The notes: generated by a model from the sequence alone, not told the origin. Shown: positions 12,630 through 25,519, counted from the stretch's first letter. The stretch: DNA of 64,000 nt from Lama guanicoe (GCA_013239625.1 MU054098.1:1985104-2049103); one strand, 5' to 3'. Program-made: numbers and translations.

Positions 12630-14250
12630 TCAGCGTGGCACAGTGGGAGACACAGGCCTGAGAGTCAGCAAGACCTGACTTTGAATTCTGGCTCTCCCAG
12701 TTACTAGTGGTGTGATCTTGAACACTGTACGTAACCACTCTGAGCACCATCTATCATAAAACGGGGAAAACAAAAGCGCCTCACTTGTGTTGCTATTGTG
12801 AGGATCCAATAAAACAAAGTAGATCAAGAACAGAACAGACTTCCTAACACAAAGTAGGTGCTCAATAAATATTCATTCATTCAACAAATATTTATTGAAA
12901 CGCCTACTCTGTGCCATTCACTCTTCTATGTTCCAAAACTACAGCTGAGAACAAAAATCCCTGTTCTCATGGGGCTTACATTAAAACGTCAAGTAAGTAA
13001 ACAGGTAAAACGAGGATAAGGGCCATGAAGGAAGCAAGCACTACGGGCTGAGGAGAATAATGGGGCTGAGGGAGGAGATTCATCTTGGGTAGGATGGTCA
13101 CACTTCGGACATGCTGACATTTAAGCTGAGATCCAAAAGATGGGAAGGAGGTAAGCATGAAAAGGGAAGGATGATGTATGAGTATTTTATCGCTGTTATA
13201 ACACATCACCACAAACATAGTGAATGAAAACAACATTGATTTACTGCCTCACAATTTCCGTAGGTCAGTGATCCAGGCACAGTTTGGCTCAGCTAAGTTG
13301 TCTGCTCAGGGTCTCCCAAGATCAAAACCAAAGTGTAGGCTGGACTACATTCCTTAGTGGAGACTCAAGAAGATCCACTTCCAAATTCATTTTCTCTTTG
13401 TATTTTCCACACGGCCTCCTCCATCTTCAGGTCAGCTAGTGTCGCTCAAGTCCTTCTCAAGCTTCAATCTCCCTGACTTCCTTTTGCACACCTCTCTGCT
13501 TTTAAGGGCTCACATGATCACATTAGGGCTACTCGGATAATTAATCCAGGATACTCTCTCAATCTTAAGGTCAGCTTATTAGTAACCATAATTACATCTG
13601 AATAATTCCTTTTGCTATGTAATGTTACATAATGACAGGTGTGACACCAGGGGCTGAAAGCTATAGGGCCCCAAATTCTGCCTAACCACAGACAGAAAGG
13701 GTATTGCAGGCAGAGGGAACCGCATGCACAAGCACAATAAGCTGGCCTCCAGCTTGGTATATTTGAGGAACTAAAAACTCAAGTATAGCTGGAACATTAT
13801 CAGGAAGAGGGACAGTGGGGCAAGATGAGTTTGGAAAGGTGGGCAGGAGCCTGCATTTTAATCTAAAGGCAATGAGAAGCCGTCAAAAATGTTAGAGCTG
13901 GACAGACTGGGATTTCAAAATGTAGAATAGATAAACAAGATTATACTGTATAGCACAGGGAAATATATACAAGATCTTGTGGTAGCTCACAGTGAAAATA
14001 ATGTGACAATGAATCTATGTATGTTCATGTATAACTGAAAAATTGTGCTCTACACTGGAATTTGACACAACATTGTAAAATGATTATAACTTAATAAAAA
14101 AACAATAAACTATAATAAATAAGTTAAAAAAATGTTAGAGCTGGGAAATGACATGATCTGGTTGACAGGTTAGGAAGATCATTCTTGCTACTTTGTGGAG
14201 AATGCACTGGGAGGGAGCAAGCACGAAAGGGAGAAAATCAGCATGCGGTG
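12630..14250. mobile_element. Nested TE block: MIR (about 12630-12875), L2 (about 12870-14250) interrupted by a MaLR LTR (about 13175-13690) and a young L1 tail (13902-14127)
   Basis: MIR core; L2 terminus cattcattcaacaaatatttattg; MLT1-like text; L1 tail flanked by TSD aaaaatgttagagctgg at 13885-13901 and 14128-14144. Confidence 0.75.
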
Positions 14251-14254
14251 TCAA

Positions 14255-17200
14255 GATGATGGTTTCAATCCTTAGTCCTAGGACCTCTAAGCCTGTGTTA
14301 GTGGCACAGCACTGAAAACCACAGAGCTCTTTGTGGAGTATCGTAAAATATCCATATCTAAATCATAAAATACCTACAAATATAATTCCATGCTAATTCA
14401 GATGCTAACTTTTATATCCTAGCATAGGCACACGGGAGCAGGCTACAAGGAAGTTGGCAAAATTTATTGGAATGCATTCTATGCATTAACTTATTGTGGT
14501 TTCTTGAAAATTGTAGGGGAAAGACCATCATTTCATTTCATTTTTAGTATCAGAATACTCTGGTTTTGTCCATAGATAGTTTGAAAAATATTGTTCAGAG
14601 AAGAGCAACTGATAGGGGCACAGATAGGCACTGATGCAGGCTAGAATCAAAACCAGGGCTGTCCCTGTGTCCTTTCAGTCTCCTCTGGGCCTCTGGGCTG
14701 GGATTCTTAGCTAGCTGTTTGCATTATTACAGTGGGAAGAAATGCAAGGGTCAAAGGTGACACACAGGAAAAGCCTAAGTTCGCAGTCCAGCTTAACTCA
14801 TCGGTTGGCAGCAAGATCCTTTCAGCTTGATTCCTAGGTGGGTCCTTTGGGCCCAGGTAGAAACTGTCCTGAATCCAGCCACCTGGCAGCCTGATCAGAC
14901 AGGCTCCCATGGCCTCCCGTCCTGGAGCTGTTTAAACACAAAGCCCCCAGCCTCGGGCAGTTTCCCACCACCCAGGCTCCTCTCCTGCTCTCTGGCTTTC
15001 AAGAATTCTCTGCTCTGTGCCCGCTGCAGGCACTCAGGCTCCTTTCCCCTACTTTCTCATGCTGTCTCTCCATTGACACACCTCTCATGGAGTCCTTCAA
15101 ATGTCCCATTTTTCTAAAGAGCCCTTATGTTTCCTTTCATCATTTCTCAGTCCCCTCCTCCCAACATCACACATCTGGGGCACTGATGGCACTTGTCCAT
15201 TCCTGCCCCTCACACCGACTTTGTTCAGCTCATCCCAACTCAGAACAGACATTTGCATGTCTAAAGTCCCATTAACATCATGATTATGCCTTCCCCATTC
15301 ATCCCGAGGGTTTTCTCAACATCACATACATTGAGAAGAGGGAAAGAGTTTCTATAGGAGCCAGGATGCAGGTGTCAGAATTGTGAGGGCGGCCTTAAAG
15401 GTGGCACTGTTGGACTCCTGAGAGCCCGGGCTGAAGTAGCTAGGAGTGGGCTGAAGAGGCGCTGGAATGTCCACTTCAGGACTTGTGGGAGATTTTAGGG
15501 TCTGAGAAACAAAAGCAATATTGTCATCCCTTTTGGACAAGTCTACCCAGCTTCAAATGAAGCGAGGCCTGGGTCCTGTCACATCTTTATATCTATTTGG
15601 AGGATTGGGGGCTTCTCTGGTGGTGGCGGGGGGAGGAGAGGAGGGGGGAGAGCACCAGAGAGCGTGAGAGAGCTGGAGAGGGCACCGGGGCAAGAGAGAG
15701 ATTGATAAAAGAAAAACCTTTTCAGTATTTTGAGAAAGCCTTTGAAAAAGTATGGAGGGTACGGGCTAGCCTGGTTCTGGCAATCCCTCTGAATGAGACA
15801 AGACATTTCTGCGAAATATGCGGCTCAGGTGGCAGCCCTTTCGTGTTCCAAATTATGAGAGTCATGCTGAACGTTCATTGAGTGCCTACTACCAGGCCAG
15901 GCCTTTAACTCGTCCCAACCCATTTAATCCTCACAATAACATCAGGAGATGGAAGTTATTATTATGTTTACACGACATGTGAGAAAACATGTGAGGCACA
16001 GAGAGAGGAAGCAACTAGTTCAAGGACATGCCTGGTAAGTGGCAAGAGCCAAATTCAAACCCGGGTCTGGCTGACTTCCGCACCCAGACTCGTAATGACT
16101 GTATTATACTGGCCTTGTTGGCCAGCCAGGGAGCCACTGAAGAGGCCAGGAAGTCCCTTCTCATCCTGCTCACCTCAGTTCTGAATCCCTCTCCTCTTCT
16201 CCGCTCCTGTCTCCGGGTATTTCCAAACCCTTCTGAGGGCCCCGAAGCACAGGGGATGGGAAAGACTTGGAGCAGGAGGAGAGCTGGTTCACAACAGAGA
16301 GACACCCTTTGGTGTCTGCACTCAGGGAAGCACTGATGACAAAAGAAATCACAAGCTGTCTTCCTGTGAGCCAAATGCTTATTTGGTATTTTTCACAGAG
16401 GAAATTAAAACTCTGTGCACCCTTCCATGTCTGCTCCAGGGTCAAGCATCTGCTGGATGTGTGAAGCCCAAGACTCCCATCTGGATTTCTTCAACTCCTT
16501 GTCCTTCACCCGGCCTTCCTCCCCTTTGCCTCCACTCCGTCTTCTGCCTCTCTGTTCCTTTATCTGTTTCTGTCTCCCACTTCTCTTACTCCCTTTTCGT
16601 ACTTACTCGCTAAGCCGTAGCCAGCAAAGAGGGTTGTATTTTTACTCTCCAGGGCGATTTCCTGGCTGGTCACCTTCTCCTCCCCTGACCGCCTCTGATC
16701 ATCATCTTCTCTCAGCAGCCACCCAGACATAGGTTTAAAATTTAGGGAGTAAGTGGCGCTCTTTCCTGTTCAGTGGGGACAAAGCTGAAAATTAGTCTCT
16801 TCATTGAAAAATCGAGTGAAGTGCCAATGAAATACAATGTTAAAATACTACGTTCATTTCTCAGGATGTTCTCTCAGACTTCAGTCTTACAAGACAGAGT
16901 CAAGAATGCAGCCTGCAGAACCAACTCTAGGACTTTCCATTTGTGCTACTTTCTCTCTTTTGGGCAACAGCTCTGTGAGGCAGACTACACAAGTTTAACT
17001 CCATATACCTACAGGCAAGTGACTTGCCTGCCACGAGAGAGGCAAAGGTAGAAAGAACTCAGGTACCCCGTCCTTAACTCCAGAGATCTTTCCACTGTTC
17101 CGCACCCAGTGGACATGTTCCTTCTCCCATGCACTCTGGATTTTAGGAGGGTGCAGTTGGAAGCAGCCCATGGATGGCACTCTTGAGTGACAGGAGAGAA
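14255..17200 (+). pseudogene. Collagen-like relic segment, with a MIR at about 15860-16105
   Basis: SKP GLS, KCK GQR *HT GKA. ORF 14827 gives WQP DQT GSH GLP..SFP PPR. From 15391: GLK..GLL RAR AEV ARS GLK..IPF GQV YPA SNE ARP GSC. ORF 16028 gives ASQ GAT..CLR VFP..GPE..GKT WSR RRA GSQ. Confidence 0.8.
15860..16105 (-). mobile_element. MIR SINE
   Basis: cattgagtgcctactaccaggcca...catttaatcctcacaataac...gaggcacagagagagg...ggcaagagccaaattcaaacccgggtctg. Confidence 0.85.
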
Positions 17201-17869
17201 ATAATAAAAGCACTAACAGTTTCTAGAAGTTTCCTGTGCTTTACAGGCATTTTTCAATTCCCACAAAACTAGCTGTAGTAAGTGCTATTCTTGTTCCATT
17301 TTATAGAGGAGACAACTGGATTACAGAGAGGTTGAGGACAGGGGTACTTAGCAAAAGTATTCCTTGACTAGCTCAGGCTGACGTTCCTGAGTCCAGAATG
17401 CCTGATGGGAGGGGTCCCTTGCTCCAGTTATAACCTGAGAATTTGTGTCGTGGCATCAGATGTCCCTCTCTCTCAGTTCCCATTTTACAGGCAGAAGTAC
17501 CACCCCAGTCCTCATCTCTCAAAATCAAAGAAGAAAATTATATTCAGATTGAACACTTCCTCCAGACAAAAAATGTGGAGACCATAAAGTGTAGAATTTA
17601 GTAACAATACCAACAATCTTACCTTATGGAATGTAGTAGGAGTTAAAAGCTCGAGTCAGTACAGCTGGGTTCAAAGTCCGCCAATTCTTGGCTGTTTGAC
17701 TCTTAACAAGTCAGCTTCTCTATTATGCAGTGTTCTTGTCTGTGACATAGCACAATAAGAATACTAATCACATGGAGTTTTATGGGAATTAAATGAGAAC
17801 ATGCGTGTTCTCAGGAAAGCTTCTAGTACATGTTGGTGCTATTGTTACGATAGCTTTTAGCATATTTTC

Positions 17870-19900
17870 TCTGGTTACTTCTGAAAGTCTCACTACCCAT
17901 TCTGTGAGGCAGAAGCTGGGCCGGAGGGGGAAGCGACTCGCTCAGGACCGCTCAGCGTCCCGTGTGCCCTCCCGACAGGGTGGCGCTGGCCGTGGAGGCA
18001 ACAAGAGCTCCCCCTTGGGGCTCGGGCCCCCCGGGCCTGCGTATGTTCGAAAGGACTCCATCGAAACCATATGTGCTGTGTTCACCCACCCCCTCACCCC
18101 TTTTTCCTCATCTTTTCTTTTCTTTTCCTTCGGGGAGGGGAAATGAAACCAGATGCTGTAAGACCAGGGCAAAAAAAAAAAAAAACAACAACCCAGGAAA
18201 GTCTTGTTTTCAGTTAATTTTGTATATTTTATTGGCACAGTCTATGTCTTTCTCTTCATTCCTTTTGCACCTCCATTGCCTTCAGCTGCCCTTAAAATGG
18301 CCCCGGCAAACAGCTCAGTCTAAAGGCAGTGGGGGCGGGGAGGTGTCCTCTGGGTTTCCAGGTCCGGGCTGGGGTAGATTCTGTGTCCTTGGAGAGCGGC
18401 TTCCTTTTCTGCATGGCTTGGAAGTGTCTCAGTCTCTTGGGCTTCACACAGTCTCAGGTTCCTTCCCTTAGATTCTTTGGGCCTCCTTTGGGGGCAAGGA
18501 AGAGGCCGGCCCCCTGGCCCTGGCCTCCCTCCCCCCTCCCCCCAACACCCACTTCTTTATATCAGCTGCAGCTGCCGGGTCAGCCTGGGAGCCCAAACCC
18601 CTCCCACACCCCTTTCCCCCAGGTAAAAATAAATAAAATGTCAGATTTTTATAGCAGCTGCAGCTGCCGGGTCAGCCTGGGAGCCCAAACCCCTCCCACA
18701 CCCCTTTCCCCCAGGTAAAAATAAATAAAATGTCAGTGAGCTGATTGCTTTTTGGATTGCACCTCACCTCTTTCTTCCTGTTTTGAGCTTTCTGGTTTCT
18801 TAGTGGGAGCTACAAACCTTGCCTTGACTCTAGTGTGGGTGTGACTTCCTTCTTCCTGGCTCCGGTCCCGCTCTTCCCCGACTCCCTCCTTTCCTGGCTT
18901 GACTCTCTTATCTTTCTAATTGGGATTTCTCACCAGCAAAGGGTTTCCATTTTCTCCAAAATTAGTAAGTGTCTGGAAAGGACAGTGGAACTAAGTTTTC
19001 TGTAACCCAGCAATTGGAGCTGAGAAGTGGAAACTTCTAATTTATCTTTTACCCAGGACTTGCTATGTGACCATGCGCCATTCTCAGTGACAGTGCCATT
19101 TGGCTTGGGGAAGGGGATATTAGTCACCCTCAAGTTACCCCAAATAAGCTTAGAGAAAGTGTGCTTGCTTGCTCTGCAAATACACCTTCAAGACAAATCC
19201 CTTAATCTGTACCAGCCCCACCAAGCCCTTTCACATAAATAGAGAATGTGAACACAAACAGTAAAAATAAAATACATGAAGGAGGGGGCAGCTTCCCCGT
19301 ATGGAAATCCTGGAGCTACCGCCGACCATCCCTGTATATGCTAGTCTCTTTTTCAAGACTGCCAAACAGTCACACCATTTAACATCTTTGGAATGGCCTG
19401 AGATGTCTGTAGAATGTGGCTGATGTATGTAGGTCCCAGATTGTGGACTGGACATATCAATCAGGGTAGTGGTGTCTGTGGTGCATTTGTAGTTCTGTTT
19501 GTAATCGTTATAAAACTGTACTCAATAAAACAGTTAACAAACACTGATTGAAATCATTATGCCCTGTAGAACCCCATTCTAATCACCTGCAGCACACTCG
19601 GGCCTCCTCAGGTGACTCTGGAATGCATTAGAGTCCTGGAGGCAGCGTGAAGCAAAGCAGCAGCTGGAGACGGGCTTGGAAATGCAAAGTGTGTTGGCTG
19701 AGGGTGCGGTGGCCCTACTGCAGAAGGCAGCTGAGCAGGGGAGTAAAGTGCTGGTGGTTGTCCAAGCAGAAATGAGAGCCCAAGACCCGTGTCCTTGTCT
19801 CCTAATGGGAGCAGAGTTGAGAAAGTGAGAATGGTGAGTCTAACTTTGGGATGAAGGCAGGAGTGGTTCCTGTCTTAGAGGAGTTCATGTTTAGTACAGA
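17870..19900 (+). pseudogene. Collagen-like relic segment (one of the best preserved)
   Basis: The 169-aa track ORF 17962..18471 reads CPP DRV ALA..GPP GLR MFE RTP SKP..NNP GKS..QSK GSG..GFP GPG..CVL GER..FLH GLE. Also QLP GQP GSP; TSK GFP; GAA SPY GNP GAT; MYV GPR LWT GHI; HTL GPP..SPN GSR VEK. Confidence 0.85.
18563..18736. repeat. Direct tandem duplication: two identical 82-bp copies, 92-bp period
   Basis: cagctgcagctgccgggtcagcctggg...aaataaataaaatgtcag at 18563-18644 and 18655-18736, with spacer atttttatag. Confidence 0.97.
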
Positions 19901-19914
19901 TGAGAAAACTGTAC

Positions 19915-21880
19915 AGAGGTGTATAATGCTTAAGAGCATGGTCCTACTGCCAGGTCACGTGGATTCGACCAGATCTTCCACTGACCAGCCGTGGGACCTT
20001 GGGCAAGTCATTTCCTCCTCTGAATCACTGTGTCCTCATTTAGAATATGGAGGCGGTAGCTGTATCTACCTCATGAGGACAGTGAAACAAGGTCATACGT
20101 GTGACGTATCTGGTACATATACTTTATCTATGAAGAGAACCCAGCTGATGTCAGCTACCATGTATCCAGTGCTTACTATGTGCCAAAGTCAGTGTTGTAC
20201 GCTTTCCTGGCATTGTCTCCTTTACTGTTTACAACTCTCCTATAATGTAGAAACTATTATTATCCCCCATTTTCCAGATGATGAAACTGAGGCTCAGAGA
20301 AGTTAAGATGATTATACTTGAGTATAGAAGGTGCTATAATAGATGCAATAGGAATAGGAAGACAGACCTGTCTAACCCCTCCTGGGGAAATCTGCTGAAG
20401 GCGTCACACAGGAGAGCCCATACATGGTGGGCGCGGAAGGATAAATAAGGATTCATCAAGAGGGGTGGAGAGTGTGCATGGTAGCTTAGCCTAGCTGGAG
20501 TGCAGATGTGGGCAAGGCGGGTATGGGCAGGAAATAGGCCTGAAAGTTGACAGAGACCCGTCTGTGTGTGCTACGTGGAGGAGTTGGGACTTTACCCTCT
20601 AGACAATTATCAAAGACATGGAAAGGCTGCATCCAGGGAGGGAGATCAAACTGGTGCTAATGAGGGTCTGTACTAACATAGGAGCAGTGGGACTAGAGAG
20701 AGAAGTCCAATTGCAATGTTGCCTCTACTCTCACCTCAAAGACTTCACAGTACAGTGCGGAAGCCAGTTCCCAAATCAAAGACAAACCAACAGCTACAAT
20801 ACAATGTGGTACACTCAGTGGGAGAGCGACACACACAGGCTGCTGGGAAAGCACAGAGAAAGAACATTGTTGGGTGGCAGGGAGGGCGGGGGGAGGTCAG
20901 AAAAGGCTACTCATGAAAGGAACCTCTGGAACTGTCTTGAAAGGTGGAAAGAATTATCCAAGCAAAGAAAAGATAGGACTAGGGTTGTCATTCCAGTTGA
21001 AGGAATAACAGGACAAAGGGGCAGAGCCATGCAACAGCATGGAATGGGGCAAGGGGGAGGAACCACAAGTATTTCAATATTGAGGGAGCAGACAGTACAT
21101 TAAGGGTAAGGGGCAGGATTGTGGTAGGAGATGGGGTTAGAGAGAAAAGCAGAGGCCACGTTTAGGAGACTTTCTATGCCATGCCAAGGAGTTTGGACTT
21201 AATCTAGTACGTGAAGGGGAATCATTGAAATAATTTACTTAAGGACCTATCAGATGTACTGATGTATCTATTAGCCTAGTACTAGTGTGGAGGGGAGGAC
21301 TGGAGGGGGTGAGATTAGAAGAGGCAAGACCAGGAGCAGTAACACCTGGTAGGGAATTATTGTAACATTTCACGCTAGAGATGATGACTGACTCAACCAA
21401 AGCAAGGCAGGAGTGATAGAGAGGAGGGCAGTGACTGAGGAAATTAAAAGCGGTGGGACTTGGTGGCTGATTCAATGAGATGGTTGCTGGAAAAGGAGTT
21501 AAGGAGGACTCTCAGGTTTCTGGCCTTAGTGATGAGTGAGTTTGGGGTTCACCAACCAAGAAAAAGAATGGAGAACAGGATTTGGAAGAAAACTGCTGAG
21601 TTTAGTTTTGGACATCTTGAGTTCCAGATGGTTGTGGGGTGTCCAAGTGGAGATGTCCACTGGAAACTTTTGGATATATGAGTCTAGATAGAGCTCCAGG
21701 GAGCTATCAAGGCAAGAGATTTAGATTTGAAAAGCATCAGAATATGGATGATGGGAAAAATCATCAGAGGAGATGAGATCACCTAGAGAGAAGATGTATA
21801 GTGGGAACAGAGGAGGGCCAAAGATAAAAAAAAATTGGACTATCAGCGTTCAATGGGCAGACAGAGGAAAGGGTTCAGGA
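19915..21880. mobile_element. MIR fragments (about 19915-20310) followed by L2 fragments (minus)
   Basis: gaccttgggcaagtcatttcctcctctga; attatcccccatttccagatgatgaaactgaggctcagaga; tttagttttggacatcttgagttccagatg. Confidence 0.7.
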
Positions 21881-22976
21881 CAGGCTGGTGCTGGCCCTGG
21901 ACTATATATTTTAGAAACTGTGGGATTTAATGAAAGACTCCAACATAGTAGCCCCAATCTTTCTTTCTTGAAACTTTCTAAAACTATTTTATGGCCTTTC
22001 TTAAACTATTTCTAAACTATATGATTGAGAATTTTAACAAATTTTAGGGTTACATAGTTTTTAACTTCTAATGTAGTAACTTTCTCTGAAGATTGTTTCA
22101 ATTTTTTTGCAGCAATGCTTATTGTAAAATTTTCTGAGTTCCTTAACTAAAAGCCCCCTTAAGCAGAAAAATTGTATTTATTTTGTCTCATATACCTAAA
22201 ACGCTTAGAAGTATCACATCCCTTTGATCCAGGAAGAGTTGCTCCGTCTTAGTTTTAACCTAGAAAAAGCACTAAGCACCAGGCACAGTGCTTAGGAACA
22301 TAGTAGGCGGCCAGCACAATTCAAGTGGCATTACCTGAATTCACTGTTTTTATCTAAATATGCACATGGTATCCTGTAGCTACGCACACAAACACACACA
22401 CACAGGTGAGGTCTTTCTAAAATAGTGATGGCTCGATTGAAATCTTGCCTTTCAGGTTTTTGTTTTAATTTCTTTTGGCACTGAAGGGCAAATTAGAGAA
22501 AGAAAAAAAAGCTGGTATGTAGATTCCAGGGGCTGTTTCCCTTCAGATTATTACAGCATGTTAGAAACTGATCACAGTGGATATACAGCAGCTTGCCGGG
22601 GTCCCTGCAACATGCCTCAAATGCAAAAATCCTTGGTGATGGACGATTGTGGGTAAAAACATACATGCATCAGATTTCTTCTCTGATAGCTTCCAGACCC
22701 CATTTTAGTGGGTTTGGCTCCCAAGGCGAACTCCATTGGACAGCACGGGAGTAGCGCTCAGTCACTTCCCCCACACTTGGCCTGCGTTCAGCGGGAGGGC
22801 CTGACTAGCTGCTTACATCGTCTTCCTCCTAAGGGAGAAGGGAAGTTAGAGATCTCCCTGCGAGTCCTGAGTCGCCATCTGTGCGTAGAGTTTTATCTGC
22901 GGGAGCCAAACTGCTCTGCTTTCTCCCTGCTGAATTGTGCTCCATCTCCGAGGAGATGCTCTGGTTGCATTACCTC

Positions 22977-23075
22977 AGAGAGAGAGAGAAAAAAGAGTGA
23001 AGTGAGAGGAGAGAGAGAGAGAGAGAGGGAAAGAAGAAAAAGAAAAAAGGAGGGAAGGAGGAGGGAGGAGAGAGC
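22977..23075. repeat. (GA)n / polypurine microsatellite
   Basis: gagagagagagaaaaaagagtgaagtgagaggagagagagagagagaggg. Similar tracts lie at about 4690-4732 and 23820-23930. Confidence 0.9.
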
Positions 23076-23299
23076 CGGCACCCCTTGCTGTGCGCTGCTT
23101 TCCAGGGTGCGCTCCGCCCTTGTAACACTCAGTACCCACACGTGTCCTAAACCCCATGAAGCTTTTTGCTTCCCAGCGACTAGTAGTAACAGTCCAATCC
23201 AAAGGTGACCCCTGATTTGTTCATGAGGAGAGGATAAAGTCCCTTGTTTCCTACATATCTTTTTTTTTAAAGTACAGTGTTGAGTTAAAAAAAGAAAAC

Positions 23300-23545
23300 T
23301 TCTGGGAGTTCGAGATTTACAGGTACACACTACTATGTATAAAATAGATGAACAACAAGGTCCTACTATATAGCACAGGGAACTATGTTCAGTGTCTTGT
23401 AATGGCCTATAATGAAAAAGAATATGAAAAGGAATATCTGTATGTTCATGCATGACTGAAACATGATGCTGTACACCAGAAATTGACACAGCATTGTAAA
23501 CTGACTATACTTCAATTAAAAAATTAAGAATAATTAAATTAAAAA
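23300..23545 (+). mobile_element. Young L1 3'UTR fragment
   Basis: Same 3'UTR text as the 2030-2565 element; aaaaaaagaaaact is repeated on both flanks. Confidence 0.85.
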
Positions 23546-25519
23546 AAGAAAAACTCTAATGTTCCAGGAACCTACTCCTCCCTCCCTCCCCCTACTGTCC
23601 AGTGCTGTTTGTGGCTTCACAGGTAAACCGTGCTGTCACCCTAGGCAGAGCCTTCATGCATCAGCTGAGGGTTGTTGTCCCCTGGCCAGGCTGTAGCGAC
23701 CACACAGAGCACATCAGCCTTCATTACCATCGAGTCTCTGTGGCTGTTGCCGCCTTATTCACTTCTGTCTCCAGGGGATGAGGGTGAGGGAAGTTGGGGT
23801 TTTTCTTCAGCCTTTGGCACAAAAAGAAGAGAAGAAAAGGAAAGGTAAGGTAAAGAAAGAAAAGAACAGGAAAAGGGAAAAGGAGAGAAAAAGAAAAAGA
23901 TGGGAAAGGAAAAAAAAGGAAAAAAAAACCCTGCAACAATTGTCCCAGGCTCCACACCTAGCTCGCGTGGCTTTCTCTGCTTCTCTGCTCAGGAATTCAT
24001 TCAATGAATGATGTTTTTTTTGAACCACAGACTTTCTGTTCCCTACTGTGGGATAAGGAAAGTATATGCACTGGAGAGAGGTCAGGCAGTGGAATGGGAC
24101 CCCTCTGGGTTCTCATTCTAGGACCTAGCACAGGGTGCTGGGGTCGAGGGTCTTGAGTAGTTTAGAGTCGGAGGCATTAGGCATCGGGCTTTCACAGGAA
24201 GAACAGCCCTGAAAACAGGTAAGATGAGACGATGGGAAACATCGCCAGCTTTATAAGCTTCCCTCCTTTGGGGTGTGACTCCCATCATGCAATGGAACAG
24301 TCTGATCAAAGGAAAATCTGAAGTCCAGAAAAGGAAGGGCTTTGCCCAAGGTCGCACACACAGCCATTTAGAGGCAGAGCTGGAATGCTAGCCCCTAGCC
24401 CCCAGCTTCCCAGGACAGTGTTCTTAATACCCTAGTGCCTCCACCAATGGAACAAACCAGGCCAGGACCTCTGCTTCTGGCCCCTTCCGCTGCTACTCTA
24501 GTCCCTGTGTCTGGACTGTCAGCCTTACAGATCTCTTCGGTCCCTCAAAGGGGACCCTTTCATTTCTTTTTCTTTCTCTCCTTTTCTCTTTTCCTGTTTT
24601 TTTTTTCCCTTCTTTTCGAGGAGACACGTAAGAGCTTGGGGGCCTAGAGAGATAGTATTCAAACTCCAAAGAGATCTGAAACACCTGAGATGATAGTTAA
24701 ACATGTCAGTCTTTCCCAGCTGTTACTGAAACTCAGCGAACTCTCAGGACCCTTTTAAGAAAGGTTTGCCAGTCAATAGAATTTATTGTGTTTACACGAT
24801 CCCTTTCCTTCCAATGCAGCCCTAAAGCTAGAGGGGAAACAGTCTTGGTTTTTTTTTCATTCTTATTATAATGTCTCTGTTTGACTATAACACTCATACG
24901 CATTTCATAGCAAAAATGAATATTATGGAAGAATATCAGAAAAACTATGAATCAACAGATGTCCTTAAAGCCTTTTTGCTAACTGTCAAAGAAATCCCCT
25001 TTCTGGACACAAGAGGGAGCTTTTAGCTAAAATGAAAATAAAGGCAGTTTAATGCAGGCTCTACCATCTTTATTTTCTTTTCATTAAAAAAATCTAACTT
25101 TGTTGACTTTGAAAAGGCATTTAAGTTAACTGACCGTGGAATCGTTTAACAATAGAGCTGACAGGCTCCTTGACCACGGTGACCGCTCTTCAGTGGTTGA
25201 TATGGTTGTCTATTTATTTATTTAAAGGTTTTCCTTCCTTGGCTCCTGAGACACAACTCTGTCCCTGGCTCTGCTCATAACTTTTTGACCATGCTTCTCT
25301 CTTTGCTCTCCCCTTCAGTGTAGGTACTTTCCTGACCACCTCCCCGACCCCACCCCAGCTCTCTTATCTTCTTATTCTGCAATATATACATACTTTTCTC
25401 AGCTGACCCCATCCAGTGCCGTGGTTTCAATTCCAACTACGTGCTGATGAATGTCACCACACGTATCTCCTGCTATTAAGTCTATGCTGAGGTCCAGATA
25501 TGCATATTCATTTACCTGC

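Larger units (their letters stand above)
22455..24840 (+). pseudogene. Collagen-like relic segment, containing a GA microsatellite, an L1 tail and a MIR
   Basis: ALK GKL; QLA GVP. ORF 22708 gives NSI GQH GSS..QRE GLT..PPK GE GKL..CAP SPR RCS GCI. Also SK GDP; GKP..CLQ GMR; GER..GPL; LIK GKS EVQ KRK GFA; FR GDT. Confidence 0.75.

Noticed and set aside
16600..16730. Minus-strand ATG-to-donor mini-exon (MSGWLLREDD..., GCGA|GTAAGT) and similar candidate 5' exons near 11690-11790 and 22815-22970
   Set aside because: No recognisable protein, no downstream coding exons, and the bases are accounted for by the + strand relic. Non-coding antisense exons cannot be excluded without transcript data.
22725..22750. 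REST/NRSE-like site (ccattggacagcac)
   Set aside because: Only a half-site matches, and it coincides with the NSI GQH codons of the relic.
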